Shown in pieces: positions 1 through 8,857 of a DNA stretch of 64,000 bases. The stretch is from Armatimonadota bacterium. GTDB lineage: Bacteria; Armatimonadota; Zipacnadia; Zipacnadales; UBA5352. The stretch lies in assembly GCA_034722055.1 (NCBI GenBank), contig JAYENL010000259.1, forward strand, positions 1 through 64,000. Reading direction: 5' to 3'. The translations under genes were made by a program, and so were the position numbers. The notes below the pieces were generated by a model. The model had not been told where the DNA came from and ran no database searches. It saw only the letters and a program-made list of their open reading frames with translations. Position 1 is the first letter of the stretch. Every line of letters begins with the position of its first letter.

Positions 1-107
1 GTTGGGCCGGCCTCCTCCGGGTGCTTTGCACCCGTCGTCGTGCGGCCCCTCCGTACGGCATGCGCAACGGCGAGCCGCACAGCCAATACGCTCGCGCCCG
101 GCCGCTG

Positions 108-2750
108 CTACTCCTCGGCCTGCAGCTCCAGAATCCGGTGGATGATCTGGCGGCGGATGGCGTCCAGGTCGCCCTGCGGGTCGATGGTGTCGATCCACTC
201 GGCGATCTGGCGGGCGCGGCGGGCCCTGGCACCGCCGGCCGACTCCGCCTCCTCGACGGCCTCGATGAGGGTCGTCAGGTAGCGGACGTCATCGACCGCC
301 TCCCGGAAGCCCTCCCACTCCACGGTGTCGATGATGCCGTTGACCGTAGGATAGGCCATGGTGTGATCGCGGTAGCTACTGTTGTCGAAGTCGTTCCAGA
401 TGTGGGTGAAGGAGTGCTGGTAGGCGTAGTCCATGGCGCCGTCATAGTTGGCCTTCCACAGCAGCAGGCCGAAGTTGCGACGGTAGGTCTCCGGCTCCTC
501 CACGCCGCACTGGGGGTTGCCGTAGTTGAATATGCGGTGCCCCACGCTGTGGGCCTTCTCGGCCTCCTCGGGGTCCGGCTGCCCGGACCACACCGGCATG
601 TCCAGCAGGTCACCGACCACGTCGAAGTAGCCGCGATAGCAGGCCACGAAGACCTTCGCGCCCACCTCGTGCACGGCCTGGAAGGCCGCCCGCTCGGCGC
701 GAAGGCGCTCGCCGCTGGCCTCGTCGATCCCGTAGACGTAGAGCTCCTCATAGCCGCGGGCCCGCACGAAGTCCAGCCATCGCTGGACCCGCTCCTTGAG
801 CTGCGCGAGCGCCTCCTCGGTCTGCGGCGCACCGGTGGAGACGCCCAGCGTCATGACGGGCTTGCCGCGCATGCCGGCGGCCTCCCGCAGATCGAAGACC
901 TGATCCAGCAGCCGCTCGTCGAAGGACTGGTAGATGGTGGGGTTCACCACGCCGTGAGCGACCATGTCGCGCATCTCCGCCGCGAACTGCTCCGGCGACT
1001 TGCGCTCAGACGTGATGCTGCCCTGGCCGTCCTCGCTGAGCTTGCCGCGGTAGTAGATGGAGTACTCCAGCGCCGGCTCCGAGAGGGCGAAAGGCAGCAC
1101 GCGGATGCGGATCGGCAGCTCCTCAGAGAGTCCCCCGGCTGCTGAGATGCTGACAGTGCCCGCGTAGTTGCCGGCGGCGGCGTCCTCGGGGATATGCGCG
1201 GTCAGCCAGAACTGCTTGAGACTCCGGGCAGGGATGTCAACGGGCAGAAGCTCGTCGGCGTCGCGGGGCTGAAGGTCCGCCAGATTCGAGCTGTCCGAGC
1301 GGGACACATCCAGATAGCGCTCCGAACCGGGCTGGGCGCGGACGTAGTTGCGCTGCTCCTCGTGATCGACGCGCACCAGGCTGTCATCCTTGAGCAGCAG
1401 CTCCGGGGTCAACAGCCGACGGCCGAGGTCGCCGATCCCGTGCCCCGCCTGGTACCAGCACTTGACCACGTAGGGGTCGATGCAAGAGGGCTCCAGGCGC
1501 TGGTCGCCCGAGCGCAGCTCGCTGATGCTCAGGGTCACGTCCTCCAGCTCGCGGATGGCGTAGACCAAGAAGGTCGCCGACTCGTACTCCCCCGGACATG
1601 CCGTGAGCTCGATCCGCCGGCGGGTGGGCACGCCCTCCGGCCAGCGGTTGCTGAGCAGTCGCCGGTTGGTGATGGCCTCGGTGATGAAGACCTCCCACGG
1701 CTCCCTGCCCCCGCCAGTCGCGGCCAGCATGGCGACCTCGTCGCGGAGGTCCCGGGTATCGCGCTCGAGGCGCGTCAGCCGGCCGTCGAAGGTCCGCCAC
1801 TCGTCGCGGAAGTTGTCGGGGCCGAGCCTGCGGAGGCCGAACTGGAGGTTGCGCAGACGGCCCGCGATCCGCCCCACCTCCCGGAGCATCGCGGATCGAG
1901 GGTCCTCAGGCAGCTCCAGGGCCTCGTCCCCGATGCGCCGGATCAGCTCCGCCAGGCTCCGCATCCGCGGCACGAGGAGGCCGTTGTTGAGCGCGGCGAA
2001 CTCCAGCTCATCGATGCGCCGGGCGGTGGCCCGGACGTCGCGGGTGAAGACGATCTGGCCGAAGTGCTGGCGGTCATGGAAGGTGCGCTGCAGCGGTGCC
2101 CAGGTGGAGTACTCCTTCTCCACCCACCGCGCCCGGCTGATGTTGCCGCGCCACACATCGCCGTCGCTGACGGTGACGCCGAAGTCGGCGAAGGGCACCG
2201 CCACCTCCAGCGACCAGGCGCTTTCACCGCGAGCGGCCGCTGCCCGCCACTGGCCGTCGAAGGTCCTCGGGGCCTCCAGCCCGATCTCGTCATAGCGCGT
2301 CCCCATGCTGTTCGCGATCAGGTGGAAGTACCGCCGGTGCTCCGGGAATCTGGCCAGCAGCGGCGCGTGGGGTGGCACCAGGAAGATCTCGATGCAGTCA
2401 TCACTGTAGACGGGCCCGTCACGCTGCGTGACCGTGGCCCTGATGCGCTCCATCTCCGGCTCCTGGCACTGCACGCCGATGTAGAGCCGGCTGCGGTCCC
2501 AGAGCAGGTAGCCGGTGGACTGATGCTCCGCCGGCGTGCCCCGCGTCAGCTTCTGGAAGGGCGCCAGCGGCAGGGCCTGTGACCAGCAGGCGTCATCGAG
2601 GCTGCCGTCGATCTCGGGAGCCTGGCTGGTGAAAGCGCAGGCCCCGACCTCGAAGGGCAGCCCCTGGCTCTCCCCGGCGCCTGCACTCGTTGGCGCCCAG
2701 GCCAGGACCACGATTGTCAGGATCGCTGCCGCGACCGATCTCGATGACAC
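108..2750 (-). CDS. Secreted protein with N-terminal CBM9-like sugar-binding domain and C-terminal putative glycoside hydrolase region (GH123-like/DUF4091-type)
   Basis: Long ORF; GTG start at 2750 after GGGAG; signal peptide (…WAPTSAGA); CBM9-like motifs 'APEIDGSLDDACW', 'DDCIEIFL', 'WSLEVAVPF'; C-terminal 'YGIDE' and 'WEGFREAVDDVRY'. Confidence 0.7.
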   Translation of the reverse strand: MSSRSVAAAILTIVVLAWAPTSAGAGESQGLPFEVGACAFTSQAPEIDGSLDDACWSQALPLAPFQKLTRGTPAEHQSTGYLLWDRSRLYIGVQCQEPEMERIRATVTQRDGPVYSDDCIEIFLVPPHAPLLARFPEHRRYFHLIANSMGTRYDEIGLEAPRTFDGQWRAAAARGESAWSLEVAVPFADFGVTVSDGDVWRGNISRARWVEKEYSTWAPLQRTFHDRQHFGQIVFTRDVRATARRIDELEFAALNNGLLVPRMRSLAELIRRIGDEALELPEDPRSAMLREVGRIAGRLRNLQFGLRRLGPDNFRDEWRTFDGRLTRLERDTRDLRDEVAMLAATGGGREPWEVFITEAITNRRLLSNRWPEGVPTRRRIELTACPGEYESATFLVYAIRELEDVTLSISELRSGDQRLEPSCIDPYVVKCWYQAGHGIGDLGRRLLTPELLLKDDSLVRVDHEEQRNYVRAQPGSERYLDVSRSDSSNLADLQPRDADELLPVDIPARSLKQFWLTAHIPEDAAAGNYAGTVSISAAGGLSEELPIRIRVLPFALSEPALEYSIYYRGKLSEDGQGSITSERKSPEQFAAEMRDMVAHGVVNPTIYQSFDERLLDQVFDLREAAGMRGKPVMTLGVSTGAPQTEEALAQLKERVQRWLDFVRARGYEELYVYGIDEASGERLRAERAAFQAVHEVGAKVFVACYRGYFDVVGDLLDMPVWSGQPDPEEAEKAHSVGHRIFNYGNPQCGVEEPETYRRNFGLLLWKANYDGAMDYAYQHSFTHIWNDFDNSSYRDHTMAYPTVNGIIDTVEWEGFREAVDDVRYLTTLIEAVEEAESAGGARARRARQIAEWIDTIDPQGDLDAIRRQIIHRILELQAEE

Positions 2751-3057
2751 AGCAAACACTCCCTTCGGCGCGGTGCAAACCACAGGGGCAACCATGTTGC
2801 GGTACCCTTCGGCGGGCGAGGGCGATGGTCCTCCCCCAGCGTGAGCCGGCCCGCGTTAGCACCAGCGGCGGGGCTGCGATGACGGTCGCACGATGAAGGG
2901 GATTGCGTTCGGGTCGGCGAAATCTCTTAATGTCAGGCAGCCGCCGGAGGGCTTAATGCCTGACGTCGCTGCCGGACACGTACCCAGCGGGCTCGACGCG
3001 GAGGGCGAAGCCAGGGCGGCCGTGTCCGCAGTGTTGAAGTGTACGCGGTGATACGCC

Positions 3058-3732
3058 ATGGAGAACCAGAAGACGGCAGGCGGCAGCACGGGTAAACGAT
3101 TGGCGGCAATTGTGGTGATTCTGCTGCTGGTGGCGGTTGCAGTCAACTGGTCGAGCATCTCAGCGATCGCGAGAGGGGAGCGTACCCTCAAGCAGATCGT
3201 GTACGGAATCACCAAGGGAGCTCCGGAGGAGAACCTTGAGTGGTCTGTGCCCGAGGAACCACTCGGCTCCGAGGACGCGAAGGTGGAGATCGAGATCTTC
3301 CTGCTCGGCGGCGATCCCTGTCACGTCTACTCCTATTGCATGGGGAAGGCTTTCGGCACCATCGATCCCGACCGCATTCGCGTGGTCTTCCGCGACACCG
3401 CCGAGGCCGAGTGGGGCGAACGCTTCGGCGAGATGCAGTTCAACTGCATGCAGGGGATGGCCGTGAACGGCGAGAGCGAGTTCTCAGTGCCAGCCGCCCT
3501 GACCGACGAGGAAGCAGACACAGAGGAGATGGAAACCCTCGTGCTCACTCCCGAGTGGGGCTGGACCTATGAGCAACTGCACTACATCCTGGACCAGGAG
3601 TTGAACGAGAGCTACGAGACGGGACTGGCGATGACCCCGAGCGAGCTTAAGACTCAGGTGCAGAACCAGGAGGAAGCGTGCATGGACCGGCTCATCGAGG
3701 AGGCCAAGCAGAAGGCCGAGGCCGAATCGTGA
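3058..3732 (+). CDS. Membrane-anchored thioredoxin/DsbA-like hypothetical protein
   Basis: 224 aa, N-terminal TM helix, 'PLGSEDAKVEIEIFL-GGDPCH' resembles the start of DsbA/Thioredoxin_4 folds; acidic composition. Confidence 0.55.
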   Translation: MENQKTAGGSTGKRLAAIVVILLLVAVAVNWSSISAIARGERTLKQIVYGITKGAPEENLEWSVPEEPLGSEDAKVEIEIFLLGGDPCHVYSYCMGKAFGTIDPDRIRVVFRDTAEAEWGERFGEMQFNCMQGMAVNGESEFSVPAALTDEEADTEEMETLVLTPEWGWTYEQLHYILDQELNESYETGLAMTPSELKTQVQNQEEACMDRLIEEAKQKAEAES

Positions 3733-3801
3733 ACTGCTGACCGGTGCGGCCCGCTGAGTGCTACGGGAGGCGCAGCGGGGGCGAATCGTGTCGCCATGGC
3801 G

Positions 3802-4206
3802 CTACTCGCGCCAATCCTCCAGGGGAACGGGGAGCGCGTCGAAGTGCTTCACGTTGCTTGTGACCACACTGGCGCCACGGTTGAGAGCGAAGGCGGCGAT
3901 AAGCACGTCGGCATCTGAAGGTATCGCACCGCGCCCTGCGCAGTCCGCCCACATGTGAGCTGCAACGTTCCAGTCCGCACGGTCCATCTCCGCCCACTGC
4001 ATCTGCTGCATGAGCGCGCGGAACGCTCGTTCCTTCGGCCGGTTCTGCCTGTGCAGGAAGCCGCGACTCACCTCGAAGTACACCACCGGACAGAGATAAA
4101 GCAGCGCCCTCTCCGCCACAGCCTCAGCCATCCGGGCTGCCACGGCCGCGTCCCGCTCAATGATGTACGAGACCGTGTTCGAGTCCAGCACGTAGACGGT
4201 TCTCAC
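3802..4206 (-). CDS. vapC: PIN-domain ribonuclease toxin (VapC family)
   Basis: 'YVLDSN', 'VVYFE', 'DADVLIAA', 'TSNVKHF' PIN motifs; GTG start overlaps upstream stop (GTGA at 4203-4206). Confidence 0.85.
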   Translation of the reverse strand: MRTVYVLDSNTVSYIIERDAAVAARMAEAVAERALLYLCPVVYFEVSRGFLHRQNRPKERAFRALMQQMQWAEMDRADWNVAAHMWADCAGRGAIPSDADVLIAAFALNRGASVVTSNVKHFDALPVPLEDWRE

Positions 4207-4433
4207 TGCGGCTCGCCCCGCCGCAAGTCCAGTCGATGCTCCTCCAGGAACTTCCTGAACTGGCGGCCCCACTCGCGGTCCTCCTCAGTTTGAGGCGTGG
4301 CCATGTAGTCCTCCAGCCACTTCAGGAGCCGGCGATTCTGCGGCGAGAGCTCGCGCTCATCGACTCTCGGGCTCTCCGTTCGCGTGTCCTCATCTGTATC
4401 AGCCAAGGCAACCACGCTCCCTTCCGCGTCCAT
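4203..4433 (-). CDS. Putative antitoxin, small acidic protein coupled to VapC
   Basis: 76 aa from ATG 4433 (MDAEGSVV…), GAGGGG RBS, stop overlaps the vapC start. Confidence 0.65.
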   Translation of the reverse strand: MDAEGSVVALADTDEDTRTESPRVDERELSPQNRRLLKWLEDYMATPQTEEDREWGRQFRKFLEEHRLDLRRGEPQ

Positions 4434-4497
4434 TATACCCCTCAGCTCGGATGGCGACAACGGCCGCGCGTGTGCCGGCGCCGCGCGCGTCGTCCGG

Positions 4498-5862
4498 CTA
4501 TTGCTGCTCCCGCTCGTTGTCGGGGTCGTGGAGGCCGACCTCATTGTGGTGCGGCACCACGCCGCGCTCGTCAAGTGGATAGCCGAAGCGCTCCACCCAG
4601 ACCTCCTTGGGCGCGCCGTCGTCGCCGATCTCCTTCATCCACGCCGCCAGCTCCGCCCGCAGCTCCTCGAGGGTATCAGCCGCGGCCGGGTCGCCAACCA
4701 GGTTCGTCTGCTGGAAGGGGTCGCGCGCGTTGTCGTGGAGCAGCCACGGGCCCTCCAAGGTCTCGACGTAGGTGTGGGTCTTGGTTCGCACCCCCCGCCA
4801 CTCACCGCCCTCGTGCATATCGCCGGAGAAGGGCATGGGGTTGGCGATGTAGGCGGACGTGGGCTCGATGCCGCCGGCGTTGGTCGCCGCGCCCGAGAGG
4901 TCATAGCCCTGGACGGTCTCGGGGATGGCCACACCCATCAGCGACAGCAGCGTGGGCATCACGTCAGGGGCGTTGATGAGCGTGTCGGTGCGGCGGCCTG
5001 CCGGGATCGTCCCCGGCCACTGCATCACGAAGGGCACCATAAGCGACTCCTCCCAGGGCTTCTGCTTGCGATACAGCCCCTGGGCCCCGAGCATGTCCCC
5101 GTGGTCTGAGGTGAAGACCACGATGGTGTCCTCCGCGATGCCCTGCTCCTCCAGCGCGTCCAGCAGCCGCCCCAGGTTCCGGTCCAGCGCCGTGATGTGG
5201 GAGTAGTAGCCCGCGATGTCCTCGCGCGCGGCCTCCACGGTGTTGGGCCGAAGCTCGATCTCCGCAGGGTCGTAGATCTTGTACTCGTCGGGCATCTCCC
5301 AGTAGGGGTTGTGGGGCGGAGCCCAGGACACGAACAGGCAGAACTCGTCGGAGGAGTGCTCCCGGATGTACTCGATCGCCAGGTCGGTGTGGTGGTCGGC
5401 GTCATAGCCCTCGATCCAGATCGGCTCCGGGTCATCGCGGTAGTAGAAGCTGTTCATGTAGGCGTGGGTGCAGTCGGCCGCGGCCCAGAAGTCGAAGCCC
5501 TGGCGGCGCTCGCCGGGCGGGGTGAAGCCGCCGCGATACTGGCCGTCGAGGTGCCACTTGCCGACGTAGCCGGTCTCGTAGCCCTCATCGCGCAGCACCT
5601 CGGCGATGGTCAGCTCCTCCACCGGGAGGCGAACGTCGTTCATGGCCGTGCGGCAGGCCAGCGGGTAGCGGCCGGTGAGCATGGACGCCCGGTGGGGCGT
5701 GCAGACCGGGCAGGTCGAGACCGCATTCTCGAACACCACGCCCTGGTGGGCCATGCGGTCCATGGTCCGGGTGCGGACCTGCTCGTTGCCCATGAATCCG
5801 CAGGCCTGGGCGCGCATCTGATCGGCGAAGACGAAGAGGAGGTTCGGTCGGCGGTCGGGCAT
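4498..5862 (-). CDS. Cys-type sulfatase (S1 family)
   Basis: 'PNLLFVFADQ', 'CTPHRASMLTG' (CxPxR), 'GKWHL', 'SDHG'; ATG 5862 with GGAGG RBS. Confidence 0.93.
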   Translation of the reverse strand: MPDRRPNLLFVFADQMRAQACGFMGNEQVRTRTMDRMAHQGVVFENAVSTCPVCTPHRASMLTGRYPLACRTAMNDVRLPVEELTIAEVLRDEGYETGYVGKWHLDGQYRGGFTPPGERRQGFDFWAAADCTHAYMNSFYYRDDPEPIWIEGYDADHHTDLAIEYIREHSSDEFCLFVSWAPPHNPYWEMPDEYKIYDPAEIELRPNTVEAAREDIAGYYSHITALDRNLGRLLDALEEQGIAEDTIVVFTSDHGDMLGAQGLYRKQKPWEESLMVPFVMQWPGTIPAGRRTDTLINAPDVMPTLLSLMGVAIPETVQGYDLSGAATNAGGIEPTSAYIANPMPFSGDMHEGGEWRGVRTKTHTYVETLEGPWLLHDNARDPFQQTNLVGDPAAADTLEELRAELAAWMKEIGDDGAPKEVWVERFGYPLDERGVVPHHNEVGLHDPDNEREQQ

Positions 5863-6077
5863 TGGTTGACCTCCGAATCGGGCGGTGTTGCCGTTCATGG
5901 AGGGGCCGCACGAGGCCGCTCCGAGGAGCGGCCGGGGTCGGCCCATCGCGGTCCTCATTGCCGCGCTCGCCTTCGCCACGAGGCGCGCAATCCCTCTGCA
6001 GCCACGAAGGCCGCCCTCCCCCAACCAGGGAAGGAGGCTGCCAGCCTACGTGGGAACCGCAGTGGAGGGGAACGCCC

Positions 6078-6329
6078 ATGCGACGCACGCGCCGGTCATT
6101 CGTCTGCGAGGAGCAGGCGCTGGAGGGGCTCGGCGTGCCGGAGGAAGAGCAGGTGCGCGAGTGGCTGGCGGCGCTGGACGAGGCGGAGGGCGAGGGGGAG
6201 CGATTGCCTGCAGGAACGGCGCCCGGACAGGAGTGTCCGGGCCACGGAAAGGCATCGCAGGAAGGTCCCACTCATCCCACGATAAACCTTCACCGCGCTG
6301 GTGCGACTACTGATGCACAGGAGCGATAG
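6078..6329 (+). CDS. Possible small acidic protein or gene remnant
   Basis: GGAGGGG RBS before ATG 6078; 5' half looks coding (EEQALEGLGVPEEEQVREWLAALDEA); stop lies just before the next gene. Confidence 0.3.
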   Translation: MRRTRRSFVCEEQALEGLGVPEEEQVREWLAALDEAEGEGERLPAGTAPGQECPGHGKASQEGPTHPTINLHRAGATTDAQER

Positions 6330-6333
6330 TCCT

Positions 6334-7272
6334 ATGCCTGACCTGACGGAGCAGATGAAGCAGTTCGCGCGCGAGCACGGCGCCGACCTCGTCGGCGTGG
6401 CGCCCGCAGAGCGCTTCGAGGACCTGCCGCCCGAGGAGAATCCGCTGTCGATCTTCCCGGAGATGACCGCCGCGGTGGTCATCGGCCGGCGCATCACCCG
6501 CGGGACCCTCCGGGGCCTCGAGGAGGGCACCAACCTGGGGCTCTACCAGCAGTTCGGCTACTCCTGGCTGGACACGCAGTTCGTGGCCCTGAGCACCTTT
6601 GAGGTGGTGGAGTGGCTGGAGGACCGCGGCTGGGAGGCCGTGCCGCTGTTCCCCTTCCCCACCGAGGCCTACCCCCAGGGCATCCCGGTGCGCGAGGGCG
6701 CGCCGGCGCCCAATGTCTACCCGAACATGCAGAAGATGGCCGTGGCCGCCGGGCTGGCCGAGATGAGCTACATGCGCATCGCGCTGACCCCGCAGTTCGG
6801 CCATCGCCAGCGCTTCCAGATGATCCTCACCGACGCGCCGCTTGAGGGCGACCCCATGCTTGAGGCCGGCCTGTGCCCCATGTGCTTCCGCTGCGTGCAG
6901 GTCTGCCCGCTGGAGGCCATCGACAGCGACAACGAGGAGATCATGACCATCGGCGGTCGCGACTTCACGGTGGCGAGCATCGACTATGACAAGTGCCGGC
7001 AATGCCAGAACGGGGCACAACCGAACCGCTACCACGCCTCCGGCGCGCCCGATCGGCTGGGGGCCATCTGCATGCGGACCTGCATGCAGGCGCTGGAGGA
7101 CGCCGGGGTCCTGGAGACCGAGTTCGCCCACCGCTTCCGCATCCGGGAGCCGTGGGCGCTGGACGTGGCCGGCGAGCCGATACAGGTGACGGCCGAGATC
7201 GGCCCGTCCGCCGGGACCGGATGCACCGACGCAGAGGACTTCCGCGCCAGTGATGAGGGGGAGCGGCCATGA
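6334..7272 (+). CDS. Epoxyqueuosine reductase/reductive-dehalogenase-like Fe-S protein (paralog 1)
   Basis: 'GADLVGVA', 'AVAAGLAE', 'LTPQFGHRQRF', 'ILTDAPL', CxxCxxCxxxCP plus further Cys motifs (CRQC, CMRTC). Confidence 0.8.
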   Translation: MPDLTEQMKQFAREHGADLVGVAPAERFEDLPPEENPLSIFPEMTAAVVIGRRITRGTLRGLEEGTNLGLYQQFGYSWLDTQFVALSTFEVVEWLEDRGWEAVPLFPFPTEAYPQGIPVREGAPAPNVYPNMQKMAVAAGLAEMSYMRIALTPQFGHRQRFQMILTDAPLEGDPMLEAGLCPMCFRCVQVCPLEAIDSDNEEIMTIGGRDFTVASIDYDKCRQCQNGAQPNRYHASGAPDRLGAICMRTCMQALEDAGVLETEFAHRFRIREPWALDVAGEPIQVTAEIGPSAGTGCTDAEDFRASDEGERP

Positions 7273-8312
7273 GGCTGACCGCGCAGCAGGTCAAGGACTT
7301 CGCGAAGGCCGCCGGCGCAGACCTGTGCGGGATCGCGAACGTGGAGCGCTTCGAGGGCGCGCCGGCGCAGATGGACCCGCGCTGCATCTTCCCGGAGGCG
7401 CGCTCGGTCATCGTCATCGGGCGGCGCATCCCGCGTGGGACCTACCGCGGCATCGAGGAGGGGACGCACTGGAGCAACTACACCGTCTACGGCTACAATC
7501 GGCTGAACACGTGGTTCATGCCCAAGGCCCAGTACGAGACGGCCTGCTTCATCGAGGACCACGCCTTCGAGGCCGTGCCGGTCTACCCCGGCGTGCCGGA
7601 GTCGCAGCCGCACAGGGCGCCGCTGCGCGATGGTCAGCCCGGGCCCGACATCTATCCGCAGATGCGCATCGCGGCCGTTGCCGCCGGGCTGGGGGAGATC
7701 GGCTGGGCGAAGGTCCTGCTCACGCCCGAGTTCGGCCCCCGGCAGCGCCTGTGCATGATCCTCACCGACGCCGAGCTTGAGCCGGATCCGCTGGTGGAGC
7801 CGAACTGTATCTGCAACCTGTGCATGGACTGCGTGGAGGAGTGCCCCGGGCACTGCATTCCACACATCAGCGAGGGCAAGACCGTCGAGATTCAGATTGA
7901 GGACACCACCTACCGCTGGGCCGACATGGACATGGGCAAGTGCTGCCTGACGCACCACGGGCTGAACAAGGAGGCGTCCCCCTTCCTCGCCATGGACTGC
8001 CCGGGGCTGCGCATGGACGTGAGCGAGCAGGAGTGCAGCGAGGAGGAGGCCTACAAGCTGACACACTCCATCGGCGGTGCCCCCTGGCGCAAGACCGAGG
8101 AGTTCCCGTCCGGACACGTCATCGACTACGCCTACACCATGCTGCATGGGGTGGGCTACTACGCCGTGTGCGGTGCGCGGGGGTGCATTCGCGCGTGCAT
8201 GATGAGCGACGGCCGCGCCGGCGAGCCGGACAGGAAGTTCCACAACGAGTTCCGCAGGAAGCCGATATGGACGCTGAGCCCGGAGGGGGAGGTGGGAGTA
8301 GAGGACGAATAG
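7269..8312 (+). CDS. Epoxyqueuosine reductase/reductive-dehalogenase-like Fe-S protein (paralog 2)
   Basis: 'GADLCGIA', 'AVAAGLGEIG', 'LTPEFGPRQR', 'CNLCMDCVEECP', 'CGARGCIRAC'; ATGA overlap with paralog 1. Confidence 0.82.
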   Translation: MRLTAQQVKDFAKAAGADLCGIANVERFEGAPAQMDPRCIFPEARSVIVIGRRIPRGTYRGIEEGTHWSNYTVYGYNRLNTWFMPKAQYETACFIEDHAFEAVPVYPGVPESQPHRAPLRDGQPGPDIYPQMRIAAVAAGLGEIGWAKVLLTPEFGPRQRLCMILTDAELEPDPLVEPNCICNLCMDCVEECPGHCIPHISEGKTVEIQIEDTTYRWADMDMGKCCLTHHGLNKEASPFLAMDCPGLRMDVSEQECSEEEAYKLTHSIGGAPWRKTEEFPSGHVIDYAYTMLHGVGYYAVCGARGCIRACMMSDGRAGEPDRKFHNEFRRKPIWTLSPEGEVGVEDE

Positions 8313-8589
8313 CGCGGCCCGCCACGCCCCGCGTAGGTCGGGCATCCTGCCCGACAATGCCGTTACGGCGGCGCAGGTGAACGTGCGCCGTCCAGACGAG
8401 AGCGGCGATGTCTCCCGTTGGGAGCGCGTCTCTTCATAGCCGGCACCGCGGGCCGCTGACGTTCCCGTTCGCGTCACGCCTGCAACGCCGTCGGGCTGGA
8501 AGCCCGACCTACGCGGACGGCCAGTTGCAGGCGCGCGATATGGACGCTGAGCCCGGAGGGGGAGGTGGGAGTAGAGGACGAATAGCGCG
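8263..8589. repeat. Exact 54-bp direct repeat (8263-8316, 8536-8589) of the gene 3' end flanking an inverted REP doublet
   Basis: CGATATGGACGCTGAGCCCGGAGGGGGAGGTGGGAGTAGAGGACGAATAGCGCG occurs twice; REP-like palindromes at 8330-8355 and (inverted) 8490-8515. Confidence 0.92.
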
Positions 8590-8857
8590 CTTCCCGCGCC
8601 CGCGCAGGGCGGCCGTGAGAGACCATGCGAACGTCGGGGACGGCCAACTGACCGGGCCTTCGACGCGGGCGAGGACGCCCGCGTCCCAGATGCCGGGGCG
8701 GGGTGGAACCTCGCGGGAGCTGGGGCCCGCCCGTTCGCCGGGGCTGTAACATCTGGTCCCCGGCAGGCGCAAGACAGGTGAGCGTGGGCCGGTCCGGCAC
8801 GACGCCGGCCGTCCGTGCAGCGCACACGGCGCATCAGTCAACCAACAGGTGGTGGAG

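Noticed and set aside
6000..6330. Cobalamin riboswitch upstream of the B12-type Fe-S genes
   Set aside because: Only isolated GGGAA words; no B12-box or ordered consensus found
6334..8312. Assigning queG or rdhA gene symbols
   Set aside because: Family-level motifs only; no TAT signal/RdhB and no QueG-specific features verified
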